This document shows, in pieces, positions 50,880 to 63,180 of a stretch of 64,000 bases of DNA. A program made the translations under genes and the position numbers. The notes beneath the pieces were generated by a model. It worked only from the letters and a program-made list of their open reading frames with translations. It had not been told where the DNA came from and made no database searches. Within the stretch, counting starts at the first letter, position 1. Every line of letters begins with the position of its first letter. This stretch comes from Raillietiella orientalis (taxonomy: Eukaryota), in NCBI GenBank assembly GCA_036172245.1, contig JAYWIR010000011.1:62001-126000 (forward strand), in the 5' to 3' direction.

Positions 50880-51195
50880 TTATCTTGCTGTCGAGTTGCT
50901 TCCCGCCGACGCATCATCGTCATCGTCATCCTTATGCTCCTCGACGGAAAGCGATGCGGAAAGACTCAGCCAAGGATCGACCATCATTGAGGACAATACG
51001 TAATTCCGTAAAGAATTGTATTGTTTATTCTGAAATCATGTACTGGTGCTTAGTATACACTTTTGATTTTCTACTCACATTAGTAACACTTGGATTCAAA
51101 AACATATTTGACACCTATTTTTCATTTCAAGACAATGTAAAATTTGTCAGACTTATTGGAAACTTTAATAAACCAATATCGATTATTAGAGAAAA

Positions 51196-51230
<35 letters not shown>

Positions 51231-51583
51231 CAAAATCAGTGACATAAAATAATACGTTTTCTCTTTAGCCACATTCTGCACGATACCTGCGAGCTCCATG
51301 CATCATCCGACGAAGTTATTAAATCCGACGGACTCCACGTATTCCAACTGTTCGTTTCCTCGAATGTTGGGTTATTCGCATGGACTGAATGATTATTATA
51401 CAGAGTAGCATTAAAGTCGTTCCTTGACCATTTACAGAAACTCCTGTTTTTTTTGTCGCCCCACCTGTATCTTTTCGGGGTGCTCGTGTACATTTGGGAA
51501 GATGTATTATTGGAAAACACTTCTTCTGAGGGGTACGTATTGTTGATATATGAAGAACTATTATATATTCGTTTAGGATCCAT
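50880..51583 (-). CDS. MPLKIP: MPLKIP/TTDN1-like protein (M-phase-specific PLK1-interacting protein family); 148 aa, two coding exons
   Basis: Exon 1 is 51583-51287 (99 codons, MDPKRIY..MYTSTPKR..WSSQ, donor CAG|GTATCG). Exon 2 is 51029-50880 (acceptor TTTCAG|, NKQYNSLRNYVLSSMMVDPWLSL..DDDDDD..STAR*). The phase-0 join is open. YVLSSMMVDPWLSL matches the family C-terminal Y-x-x-P/S-S-M-L-E-D-P-W motif, after a low-complexity N/S-rich body with an STP site. Confidence 0.75.
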
Positions 51584-52527
51584 TTGAAATTCGAAATATT
51601 CTAAACCACTCCTGAACCTCGATTCCGTTGTTACTCTGCCTGCTTTTCCGTGCAAGCTCCCAGTACGTATTTTGCTACATTCACATAGATTTTTTTTTTT
51701 TCCTTTTTTTTTTTTTTTTAAAAAAAAAAAAAACAGCTCTAAAGAAATAGAAGTAATTTATATTTTCAACTGAAGCAACAAAGTTGTGATGATTACGCGA
51801 ATCTGTAAAAGAAGGTAAGAAATTAGTTGTATGTTTAAATGTAACTGTAAAAAATCTTTCTTGAGTTTGCAAATATCCTAAACACAGGAGAGAGGGGGGG
51901 GGGGGGAAGTTTTGGTTCGAAGGGGGGGGGGGGAAGGAGGCGACGGGACGAAATTTCACTTCGCTTTACTGTTGGTGCGTTACTGTATCCCTGCCCCCCT
52001 CCCCTCCCCTCCCCTCCCCGAAATTACCACCCTTCTCATCTATCGTGGGGTTTCGTCTACGGTGCACCACTCACCGCCGTGACATCGGGGCATACACCTC
52101 GCTCATGGTGGAACATTCCGTTGAATCGTTTTTTTTTTTTTGCACTTTTGCCGTTCGTCATACTCACAATGCTTCCCTCTTTGTTCGTTTGCCTCCAACT
52201 CATCCACGGGTCGCACGCATACACAAAGCATAACGAGATATTGCGTTAATGAGGCACATTGCAAGCAATTAAAAGCAGCGGTATCGCACGAGCACAGTGC
52301 ACTTTCGCGGTTCGGGAAAGATTCTCACTTGAAAGTTCTACGTAGTAACAGCCGTCGCGCATGCGCCCTGACGGCCGCCATGTTTGTTTCGCTTCCCTTC
52401 CCCCCCCCCCTCCCCCGCCGCCAATCGCGTCGAAAGCAGGCGGGCGAGCGCGCGAAGGCGAGCGTTTCGAAACGCAAGGCCGAGCCCACCGCTCCCAACG
52501 GAAAAGTGAACGCGCGGCTGCATCTCG

Positions 52528-52738
52528 GCTGCTGCTGCTGCTGCTGCGAGTCGAGTCGAATGCCTTCGAAGCGTTTCCCCGCTCGCCTGCGATCGTCGTG
52601 TCAGCTTGGCTTTTTTTCAAGGTGCCGAGGAGGAGCCTCTGCTGGAAGACTTGCTGCTGCTGCTGCTGCCTTCCCCCCCCCTCCTGCGAGCATGGTGCTG
52701 CTGCTGCTGCTGGTGGTGGTGGTGGTGGTGGCGGCGGA
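52528..52738. repeat. Clustered (CTG)n and (GGT)n trinucleotide runs
   Basis: Three CTG runs followed by a GGT run, directly visible. Confidence 0.9.
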
Positions 52739-53599
52739 GATGAAGACGTTGATGGCAGCGACAGATGTTTCGCAGAACCCTGTTACAACACGTGCTGAAC
52801 ATGAGGAAAATCACATTGTATATCAAAACTCCATTTCCTGTTTGACAGTAGCAAACTGTGCCCCCGAATCGTTCTGCTCTCCTTGTACGCGGGGGGCGGC
52901 GGGGAGGGGAAGGTCGTTCGTTTCTGGCCGCACACTCTTTTGGTCTTTGAATAGTCTTTCGGAACGTGCTTGCTTCATGTGGAGTTTACACTCCACATCT
53001 ACCGGGCACGTACGACGCCTTGAGGTCACGACGGTCACTTGAGGAAAAATGCCGCAAAGTTTTGAATGCACTCGAGTCGTGGATTGCGCAAGTTACTGCT
53101 GATAAGCAAATAAAAAAAAAAAAAGAAAAAAAAAAGACTTGGTGCTTCCGTTACTTAAATGAACGATTTTTTGGCACAGCATTCATAATCACAGAGTCGT
53201 AATGATTCTCTCGCCAGTGCCCCCGCATTTCAGAGATTTTCCTTGCGTGTGTACGCAACTCACTTATCATGGGGGCGCGCAATGTGTACGCTCGTGGTGT
53301 TCAGGTGCCTGTCCTTTCGTTCAGCCGTTTGAGTAGTGAGGAAAAGTTTGGGAAAGGTGCGTTCTAAGGTGTGCGTCTTGCTGCTGCTGCTGCCGCCACG
53401 TGGTCCCATGCGAATCCGACGTCTTGCGCGTGCTAACCAGAAAGCTCCGAAGTAAGGCGGAACTCTGTTGAGTCGGGAAGCTTGGCCCCCTCTACCCCCG
53501 CTTTCGGGGGTGGAGTCTTGTGCCCTTAGCCGGACCGGAGTCTAGGTGCTAACGGGACCAGTTGTTGGAAAGGACCAGTTGTGAAGAACTTTCGCATTC

Positions 53600-55208
53600 A
53601 GGACTTCAGGATATCTTCTTCTTCTCTGAGGCTTCGGTGAAATCATAGCTGCAGCAGCATCGTGCTGAGCCATGAAACCAGCTGATTGTTTTGTATTTCG
53701 TTTTTTCCCTCTTTGGATGCGGGACATGCGGCCGTTCTCCGTGACGAGTCAGCTCTTCTGTGTGTCCGAAACCGTACCTGTGCTTTTAAGTGAGTAACCC
53801 TTGCCTGTAACGAGTTTGAGAGTGGCGAGGGCAGTAAAAGTTATTCATTTCTAACACTGGGTACACACGTTTTCGTTTCATGATGGTCGCCTTAGAAGAT
53901 TCCGACCCTGCGTAAGGACATCATCACCCTGATTGCCTTTTGAGTTGCTCGTGTCATGCGTACTATCCTGTGTGCGTCGAGGAGGACACGTGGTGTTCAG
54001 ATTGGAATCGTTCCGTCCCGCTCTCTTGTCAGGAAGACCTTCGAAGTGCTTGGGAACGGCAAGAAACCTTTGCTGCCATGGGCCGTGTTGGTGCTTCCGA
54101 GCTGCTCCTTAAAGACGTTGCACAGAGTTGTGAGCGACGTAAGGATTCGTTTCACCAGCTGGTGCTTAACACCAGGAAGGCCTTCGTTCCACTGAACCCG
54201 GCTGGCTCCCTGCGAGAATGTGAAGTTTTTTTTTTTTTTTTTGCCAGCAGCCACACAACACGTGCGGAAGAGAAAGCCGATTTCACTGCTGTGAAGACAG
54301 CTGCCCGCTTTTACCACTTTATTTGTTTGGCAGCAAACTTCGCACAAACCCGCCAAAACACACGAAATAGTTGCGTGTACGTGTATCTTGGCGTTGCACG
54401 GGAAGTCGACGGTTCTGTGCGGCAGTTGAAGTTTGCTTTCCATGAAAAGGCTTTGACGCCATGGCTGAGCCATTCGTCCGTTTGTTAACTGTATATACGT
54501 TAGCAGGCCTCGACTTCTTACCCAAGATGTTCGCGCCATTTATGTACGCAAATTGTGGGCCTCATTAAAAGGACGGCTCAAGTGTTTGGAACAGCGCTGA
54601 GGTACTTTTTTTTTTTGTGTGTGTGTGTGTGTGTGTGTATGATCCTTTCAGTAGGTACGCGCATATCCTGTTGCACCTGGTTATTGCAAACCGTATTGTA
54701 TTTATGCATAATCGCAAAGTATCGACTTCGTTATGATCAGGCGGGCCTTCTGTTTTATCTTATTTGCTTTGCCCGTTACGTCAGGGATGCTTGCTTCTTG
54801 ACTTCGGCTTCGCGTGGGGTAGGTGGGAGCTCCATCATCGAGCCGTTTAGCTACTCGTTGGCCGACTGCATCAGAACAGTATGTTTGCCCTGATTTCAAG
54901 AGTTAACCGATGCTTTGATTGAGTCAGCAGATTTTTTTTTTTTTTTTTCCTGCATATTCTTGTCGGTCTTCAAGAACTAAGGTTGGGCAAGCCCTGAGGT
55001 GCCGCAGCGCCTCCTCCTTTGCAGCCGAAGCAAGTGCTCCTTTCCACGTTGCCGACTATGCGGCATTCAGGTCGATTCCATCCTTCTATTGGAAGGAGTT
55101 ACGTGATCCTGGAAACGATGTTTTGTGTGACGTGTCATCCTTATTCTTGTGAGCTTCGACCTTTTTCCAGATTTCTTTTTCCTTTTGAATCGTGCGTGTT
55201 TTCATGGC

Positions 55209-55239
<31 letters not shown>

Positions 55240-55900
55240 TCACGTAGCAGATCGTATTCGAGGGCCGCTCGAGCAAACTGCGTGTAACTCGATAGGTGCA
55301 TAACGAATCCTTCAGCGGAATCCTATCGACACACTCCGCTCGCAGCTAGCTGCTCTCTTTGCTAATGGAATCCGTTCGTGGAGACTCTTCAGCCGGATGC
55401 TCGAAGGAGCGATTCGTGGTTTCGCTTAACTTCACTTCCTGGCATTTCTGAGGAGATGGGATTTTTTTTTTCGTTTGCCTTCAACGCGGTGTTTCGAATC
55501 CTTTCATCCGTGCTTGGTTTCGGGGATGCCAGTCTTTTCCAGAAGGATACCCCCCCCCCTTTTTTTTTTTCGGTCATCATGCGAGACTATTTCAGTTTCC
55601 GGGTTCTTTGGGTACATTCTGTACGTGCACGTGCCGGAGCATGGTCTTCTCGTCTTCACAGTTGCTTCACGTCATGTGCAATAGAAAACATGGCCTCTCG
55701 TGAGACAGAAGCCAAATGCATGGAAAAGACAGCGAAGGGTGGTGCTTCCTACGTGCCCAGACAAATCGAGATCGAATGAAGATTGTCGGAGTTCTGCCTT
55801 GGATTTCTTCGTCGCTCAGCTTTGGTTTCGGCAGTTTTATTTCTTGCCCTTCCAAGTGATTGAAGAGCTCAATCGACATCTCGTCCGGAAGTGAAATGAA
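53600..55900 (+). mobile_element. Decayed R2-like (RLE) non-LTR retrotransposon
   Basis: ITLIAF*VARVMRTIL (RPITL..R..IL-like), QETFAAMGRVGASELLLKDVAQSCERRKDSFHQLVLNTRKAFVPLNP (Q.GF..LD.RKAFDSV-like), then VHNESF and LQPD (RHN/KPD-like). Confidence 0.5.
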
Positions 55901-56399
55901 AGCAAGAGGCGCACACAGTGAAAGAAAACGGTGAATAAACCAGTCCGAGTCACACACCACACATACTAGATGCGAATTATTCCGTCCATTCCTTTTTGAA
56001 AGTGGGATTTCTCTTTTCCGTGGTTCGCTTTCCCTTTTGCAGCAACTTTTGCAGCCCTTGCGTGCCTGTTGCTCCGGAGGCTGGTGGCAAATTCCTTGTC
56101 CAGCGGTCTTCTCGTGCACTCCTCGTCGTCCGATGCAAGAGTGCCGTGCAAGAGTTGCGCGATCCGCAGCACCACAAGTGGTCACTTTCAGACAGTCATG
56201 TCTCGCATGCAGCCAAGAAGCGAGGCGCGCGCGCGGCTTCGTGTTCTCAACCCGTCCTGCGACGGGCGGCCTCGCGCGGGATCTTTGCCTGCCGGGAACT
56301 TCTGGATCCGCTTGTGCGTGGGTTTGGGCAGTCCCTTGACGCTCGCTTGTCGTTTCCCTCAGCGTCTCAAAGACCCTCCGGGCGGCGGCGGGCGGGCGA

Positions 56400-58750
56400 C
56401 GATGCTCGCAGCGCATCGCCCCTTCCCAAATGTAAAAACTTGGTTCGGTTCGCGCGAATCCGGGGTGTGCGGAGGGCCTCCGACTTCGAGGAGGCCCTCC
56501 GCTGTAAGTGACTTCCAGAAGACCTGCGAGCCTGGTCGGACATGTCTTTTCCTTGTTACTCGTAGACCCGTGTGGTTAGGACAGCGCAGGACGTCAAGTC
56601 AGCGGTCACGCGCTCAAAGCGCCCACAAGGTCAACGATAGGGATGCAGTCCCCAGTTCGGTCGAGGAGGAAGAGGAGCAAAACGGTCAAGGCTTTCGGAT
56701 GGGACATCCGCAGACCTTGAAGGGTCGCGTGCCCTCGTTTTCCCACAAGGTCGGAGAAGATTCCGACGAAAGCGGAAGTTAGGAAGAATCAGGTCAACCG
56801 GGAAGACTCTCAGTCTTCCGTCGATCGCCAGGAGGGAGGTCTTCAGTAACAATTCCATCCCACAGCCCCAGCGCCGGGCAGCGGACGTCGCGGGAAAATG
56901 CCGAGTCTCGGTGCGGAGTCTCTTCAGGACGGGCAGGTGCTGCGTTTGACGCCTGCCTCTCTGTCGGACACTCCCCGAGTTCGGTGTGGGTTCGAGGGCG
57001 CGCGAAGACCGCCGGAGCTGCTGCTACCTCGACCCCAGGCGTTCCAGGGAAAGAAGTCTCGGGGATCCCCTTCTTGTGTGTGCATGTGCATCCCCCCCCC
57101 CCCCTCTCGCTACCTCAACATGAGGGATGATGCATGCTCGTGGGGGGGGGGGGGGAGCCGTTCACCGAAACGGCACCACAGCTCGGCACCGCGTCTCATC
57201 CGTCGGAGGGCCCTGTCCGCAGGCGACCCCACTCCACGTGTACTTGCACCCCATTCTGAAGCTGTCACGTCACGTGAGCTGATGGATGGGGAAAGGGGTG
57301 GGGTGGTGAAGGAATCGTTGCCGAAAGATCCGTGAAGGGAACGCCTTGGATTTCTGACGGCGACTTTTCGGCGACTGATTGCGGACCGTCGAAGACAAGG
57401 GTTTCTCCTCATCCTGAAAAGAAGTGCCGGCTCCGAGTGGGGCCTCGCGCAGTCGGCTCCGATGCGTTCAGTGTTTACTCCTTACATTGAGCAGTCACCT
57501 AGCGTGCCGCAGAGCAACGTGAAAAGGGGCAGATGCATGGCGTGTTGCCGGTCGGTCCGAAGTTTCCTTAGCATTCCTTCTTCTTATTCCTCCCCCCCCC
57601 CCCCCCCTCCTTTTTATTGGGATGATGGCATGGTCTCTCCTCTTCACCGCGCGGCTTGAAGCAGGAAAGTCGGTGTTCCTCCTGACCTTCCTCCGCGCTA
57701 AGTAGGGCCTTCTGCCTTGGTCTCGTGAAGATCCGCGCATGTCAGCTCCTCACCGTGCCCTTGTGAAGGGATCCGAATTCGTCTTCTGCCGTGGCTTGCG
57801 CCTCCCTCCGCGGGTGGATGAGTGGGTGGGTGGTTGCACGTGGCTTCGATCTGCCTGCATCCATTTCTTCTTCTTCATTCAGACGGAAAACTCACCTAAA
57901 AATGAAACGAAGGGTTCTGCCAGCGAAAGTACGAGTGGGTCCCCACCTCATGGGGAACCGGCGCCACGAGTCTGCGCCCCGAATTCCAGCCCAAGGAGAT
58001 TTGGTTGACTCCGGAGTCCTGTTTCCCCCGTCCAGTTGTCCCTGATCTGCATCGGCACCCCTGCAGGCCGGCTGCTTCCCGGAGACCTTGTGTCTCGGAC
58101 GCCTGAGCACGAGCTCCGCGTGCGGTAGCATGGGAAATCGTCCATTCTGCCTTCCGGACCTCGTTCCTACCTCCTCCAAGCAGCATTCGTCCCGGGTCTT
58201 CGGAAGCTTTCAGCTTTCCGGGTCGCGTGTCTCGTTCGGTTCACCTCGACTCCCGCGTCGGAAGGGGGTGGGTGGGGAGGTGCTGCTGCTGCTGATGTCG
58301 CGACCGGATTCTCTCCTAGGAGAGGGGGGGACAAGTCCTGCAATTGACCTCGAAGCAGGGCAGAAGCCGTGTTTTTATTGCCACCTAAGCCTTGAATTTT
58401 ACCCGCTCCACGCGCTTGGGTCTTCGTCCCCCTCCCCCCGCATCGGTGAGTCTCCTGGATATGTCGGCATCGCCGTGTTTTCCCATCAGGACCTCAGGCG
58501 TGTGAGCTGATCGAACCTCGGGCAGACGGATCATCGACAGGCAGGACTCCTCCGATGCCAAGAGACGATGTAGGCAGTGGGAGCGGTTCTTCCGACAAGC
58601 GTCGTCGCCTTGTTGCGCAAAGGGCTTCTTCTCTTTCGGGGAGCGCTGTATTGGCCGACGAGAGTGATGGCTTCCTTCCGAGGAGGAAGAAGCCGTCAGC
58701 TGCTTTGCCGGTTGCGCGGTCCAAGAGTGCAGCCGGCAGTTCAGCGTCCA
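56400..58750 (-). mobile_element. GC-rich decayed LINE remnant
   Basis: PASSRAVKRRDHAIIPIKR (P.SW..I.LIPK-like) and a GC-rich, noncoding-looking composition like the other relics. Weak support. Confidence 0.3.
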
Positions 58751-59789
58751 GCAGGAGGTGCGAAGATTCTCTCTTTCGTTTATAGGGCACGGACAAGTTG
58801 GATCGCCCAGAATGCAACCGAAGTGTTGCGCTTCTACGATGAAGTGTGGATTTTTTTTTTTACCAGTCCTCTACGAACTGATCAAGCTTTCTTTTTTTTT
58901 TTTTTGATTTCATAACCCATGCCTCCAAGTTTCCATGAGGTGTTGCGAATTCCCATATCCGACAAGTCATCTTCTATAGTTCAAAGATATCTTGTCTTGA
59001 ATATTGTCACGAGCAGATTCTGTAAGAAGAGCCTTTGCTGGAATAATCAGTGAGTTCACAATAGCTTGAAGCATCGGTGAATGTCTTGTTTGTACAGAAC
59101 CCTTGTGTTGCGTCGGTATCCAAATTAGTTTGAATGTATACGGACTTTTAGACAAAGATCGTCTTTTTGTTTTCATTTTGCAGTGACCTTTGCGTCTGCT
59201 CCAACGCCTATCTGTTCCCCCCCTTCTTCTTCGTGTTGTGTTTCAGCGTTTCTTTCTTGGGATCCACTTTTCGAAAGCTGTGGTTTCTGCACGGCTTTTC
59301 CACTCGGGTTTTAGCATGTAAGGGCACGTGGGAGTTGTTTTGGAAGTGTAATATGTCAGCTAAGTGGACAGTGGTCCTAGCAAGCGATCGCATTTCTCAA
59401 AAAGCGAGTTTTGAATACAGGAAACCATTTGTCAAAAAAAAAAAAAAAGAAAGAAAGAAAACGAAACGAAACATATCATTCCATTTTTCCGTTTTTGTTT
59501 TTCATTCTTATAAGCAGGTTTTTCCAAAAAGGTTTGAAGATGAGGGGAAGCGGATGCGATTTTTGGGCGGCTGGTTGCCATGGGAGCATCGAGTAAACCA
59601 GGAACACACTAGGCTTTGCAGGTTATCCGGATATGGGAATTCTCGAAAATACAGGAAATGGCTAGAGTCGTGGGCCTTTTAATAATCATCATATCCTTCT
59701 CTGTAGCAGTAAGTTTTTCTTTCATCTGATTGAAGCAGCAACGCAAACCTCTAAATTTGACCCGTGTCACTCAAGTCCACATGCTGTTA

Positions 59790-60850
59790 CATCTGAAACT
59801 CGGAACCCGAGCTTTCTTGCTTCCTATCTAGAAGTCCATTTTTCTTTCCGAGCTGCTTAATTGCATTCGTGTTGAATTGTATAATGCATGATTCGTTGTC
59901 AGCTATGTGGTGCATGTGTACCGTTGTTTTTTTTATACACGTTGACAGGTGGTTTTCTGTAGTCAGGGAGACCGTAATCCTCATTTTGGCAGCGTTGCTC
60001 GCCAGGTGCTCCGCATGTTGATTGTGGCGCTGCGAGCGCGTCTTCCACGTTGAGGATTCATGGAGTGCACCGAAAGAGCGATGAAATTTCGAGGGAGTTA
60101 CGCGCGCATTCCCCAATCCTAAGGGTGGTAAACACATACCCTTCAAAAGTTCAGTAATTGAAGTGTCTTTCGCTGAAGTGCTTTCCCACGGATCATCGTT
60201 TGGCCTTCCTAATTACATATCCACTTTTGATGCGATACGCGCGTGATTCGAGGCGTCCTCTCTGGCCAGTAAGGGTCAGAGTGGACGCTTTTCTTCTGCG
60301 TTGGAGCAGTAGAAGGGAGTTGGTGGACCAGCGTGCATTGCACACTGCTGGTTGATCGCTCAAAAAGAAGATGTATAATTTCTAAGGCGAGGGTTTTTTT
60401 CTTTTGTAATAAAAATTGTTGTCGTTGTGGTTTCAGAGGTGGAGTTGGTCCTCGAAATAAGCGAGCCATTGATGAGGAAATAGGATTGAATTGAGGGCAG
60501 GATTCCCAGTATTTAGCGTTTCTTTCCAGAGCTCAAACCGATCCGGATGATGATTGATCACAAGAAACTGTTCCATTATCATTGATGAACCGCTAATGCA
60601 TTCCTATTCACGTATCGTGTCCGATCCAAACAGTTTTCCATGCTGCAGAGAAATATTTTCGTGTTGTGATGTGGGACTCTTGGGCAGTGCATTAGACTGA
60701 AAACCCTGCGATCTTTAGCAGTTCCTCCGTTGTGGAGCATCTCGTCTTCGCGGAGAAGACTCCTTGTGTTTTGCGTGGCTGCAACCACGGTCGATCCGCA
60801 GTCCTCGTGCGAATTCATCCCTTTGCCTTACGCAGCAGGGTCGCATGGGA
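59790..60850 (-). mobile_element. Decayed RLE-type non-LTR 3' fragment
   Basis: KTRSQRHNQHAEHLA (RI.RHN..LA post-knuckle motif). Weak support. Confidence 0.3.
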
Positions 60851-62359
60851 CGTCCCTCCAGCCGGCATGGCGAACCCGATCCACCGCCCAACTTGAGCTT
60901 CGACTAGCAATCGGCAACTTGTGTCAAGCCTCTTGACCTCAGTCCTCAAGAAGGGCATGGGAGCGCAGTAGCAAGCCTGTTCGGTTCACGACGTGTCTCC
61001 GCTCTCTTCTCGGCACGTTCTCCAACCGTGGCTCCCTAAGCTTGCGAGAGCGTTACCGTGCCCGCTACCAATGGATTCCACTTTTCCCGGTGGTCACGAA
61101 ACACGCGGGGGCGTTCAGACTGGCTCAGCACCGCCGGCTGCGTTTGAATTCGGGAACCCCTTCTTATTCCTTTCTCTCTCTCTCTCTCCCCCCCCCCCTC
61201 CCCATTTCGGGGGTGAACCGATATCCTATTTGGATTCCTCCCTCGTCTGCGTCTCTTCTGTTTGCCGCGGCGGACCAGCCGGGCAGATTTGGGGAGCTGC
61301 GTTTCCCGTGATGGCAGCGTGGAGGACGCAGGTCACCGCGCTGCTGCTCGAGCCGCAGGCGTGCGCGGAGAGGCTCCCGGAATTTTTTTTCCGCCCCTGC
61401 TCGGTTGTCGAACCGATCTTCGAGGGGATCGAGCGCTTGCTCGAAGGTCACAGGGTAGATCGCGAAGAAATTTGAGCGGAGGCGGAACGGGTCATTCGGA
61501 AGGGAGCAGTGGGGGCCCGCATCCGCCGCATCTCTCCCTCCACCGGAAGGAGGAACGTGGAGTCCGAAGTACCACTTCTTAGAAGAATGAAATTTTTTTT
61601 TGTGTGTGTTTGGCCGGCGACGGGTGTTCAGCTCAAGTGAACGGCACGAATTCCGTAGGGAGTCAGTTGGCTTACAGTGGGCCCTTGAAAGCAAGAGAGC
61701 ATGGGTGGGCTGGCCTGTGCGTTCTTCGGGAAAGTTTTGAATCAGCAGCGCGCGCCAAGGCGCATTTCTCCTGAGGCGAAAGTTTTCCCGTTTTCGTTTC
61801 TCGGAGTCAGCGAAAAACCGCAGACGAGGAGGACGCCCAGGAGGGCATGCGATGGGGTGGGTGGGCGCCTGTGCAACGCCGACGCCTCGCGCGAGATCCG
61901 CGGATCTTGGGAGCGGGGCGATCCGTCTTTCCCCGCCGAGGGGTGGCGGTGCTTCTGTTGCGAGTGCACGTCCCTCTTTCTTCGCTCACCTCGGATCGGC
62001 TTCGCTCTCCCTGCAGAGCGTCGTTTCGCAACCTCCTCGCGCAGTTTGCATCCCAAGGCGAATCCCGCGTGACGAAACGGCAACTGCGGCGCTCCAAACG
62101 GTGTGTGTCATCCGGGTCGGCCGTCGAAACAGTTCCGGGATCGGCGAACGAATCCAGACCTCGATGGTGATACTCCCGTGCATCGGGTACTCGCGTCCGC
62201 CCCAGCAACACCTGGCCATGCTCCCCATCTCTTCCGAACCCCGGTTGCCGTTCTCGGAGATCCCTGCGCGGAAGTTCGAAACTATCTCGCAACGCGCGCG
62301 GGGAAAAGCTGCGCAGGCGTGAACGGGGGGACTGCTTGCTGACCACCCGTGTATTCTAG

Positions 62360-63180
62360 ATCGTTTCATCGTACTTCATGCTCAACCTGTTCCAAGAATT
62401 CGTGAAGGTCGTGTACTTGGACACGTTGCTGCAGCACCTGGGCATCTCCTTCAGCCTGAGGACCGTCTTCACCCTGAACATCGTGGCCACTTACGCCATC
62501 CTCGTGACTTCTCCCGCAGGTGAGCAGCATCCCTCCCCCTCCTCTCATCCTCCCCTTCCCCCTCCCCGCCACGTCGAAGACTGCGTTCTTTGCGAGGTCC
62601 CCAGCACTGTTCCTGTATTTCCGAGCCAGCCACGTCTACCAGATCTTGGTGTACGCCGTGTGCATGGGATGCATGATGGCGTATTGCTGCGTGACCGGCG
62701 TGTACATCTCGACGCTCCTGCTGCGGAAGGACCAGGTGCTGCTGGACTTCACCGAGGGAGTCATGGCGATCGTGCTCGGTTACGACGGTGCCGAGAGCGT
62801 GCCCATGAAGCTGCTGCATGCTGTACAGTCGCAGATGCACTGCTGTGGAGCACAGTTGAGTTCCCGTTACCTGTTCCCGCTGCTTCCCGCCGTCCACCGC
62901 TGCCGCCGGGAGCGCGTCGCACCGCGACTCTCCTCGCCTCCCGCGTCTCGTGCGGGGGCACCGTCCGGCTGTACAGCTGTGGACGGTCACGCGCTCGGCG
63001 GCGGCTCGGGTGAAGAATGGGACCCGTCGACAGGGCCGCAGCGCCCCGTCCTTCGCCGCTTCGAAAGGGCGTCGCCTTTCGTTCCATACCGAAAGCGACG
63101 ACAGTTGACGCGGAGCTCCCGTGGGGGTCTCCTTGGAGGCAGCTTCGCTGCTGGGCGTTTGCCTCCAGAGGAAGGTTCCG
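62360..63180 (+). CDS. Tetraspanin-like membrane protein (partial; possibly a pseudogene)
   Basis: Exon-like segment 62360-62519 (TTCTAG| IVSSYFMLNLF..NIVATYAILVTSPA |GTGAGC) is hydrophobic. From 62643 it reads ILVYAVCMGCMMAYCCVTGVYISTLLLRKD..LLHAVQSQMHCCGA, i.e. a TM3-like helix followed by the tetraspanin Q-x-x-x-x-CCG motif (62841-62849). A TM4-like VGVSLEAASLLGVCLQRK lies at about 63121-63175 in another frame. I could not make all splice phases fit. Confidence 0.6.

Noticed and set aside
52140..53042. 300-aa ORF with poly-Cys/Ala/Leu/Val runs
   Set aside because: Its openness is explained by trinucleotide and C runs. There is no recognisable domain, though a real first exon nearby cannot be excluded.
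53260..53445. Canonical HDV-like ribozyme (GCC-GCCACGT-GGT-CCCATG..GCTAAC)
   Set aside because: P1 lacks the required 5' G, the P1.1 GG is absent and P2 is weak; kept only as a general structure candidate.
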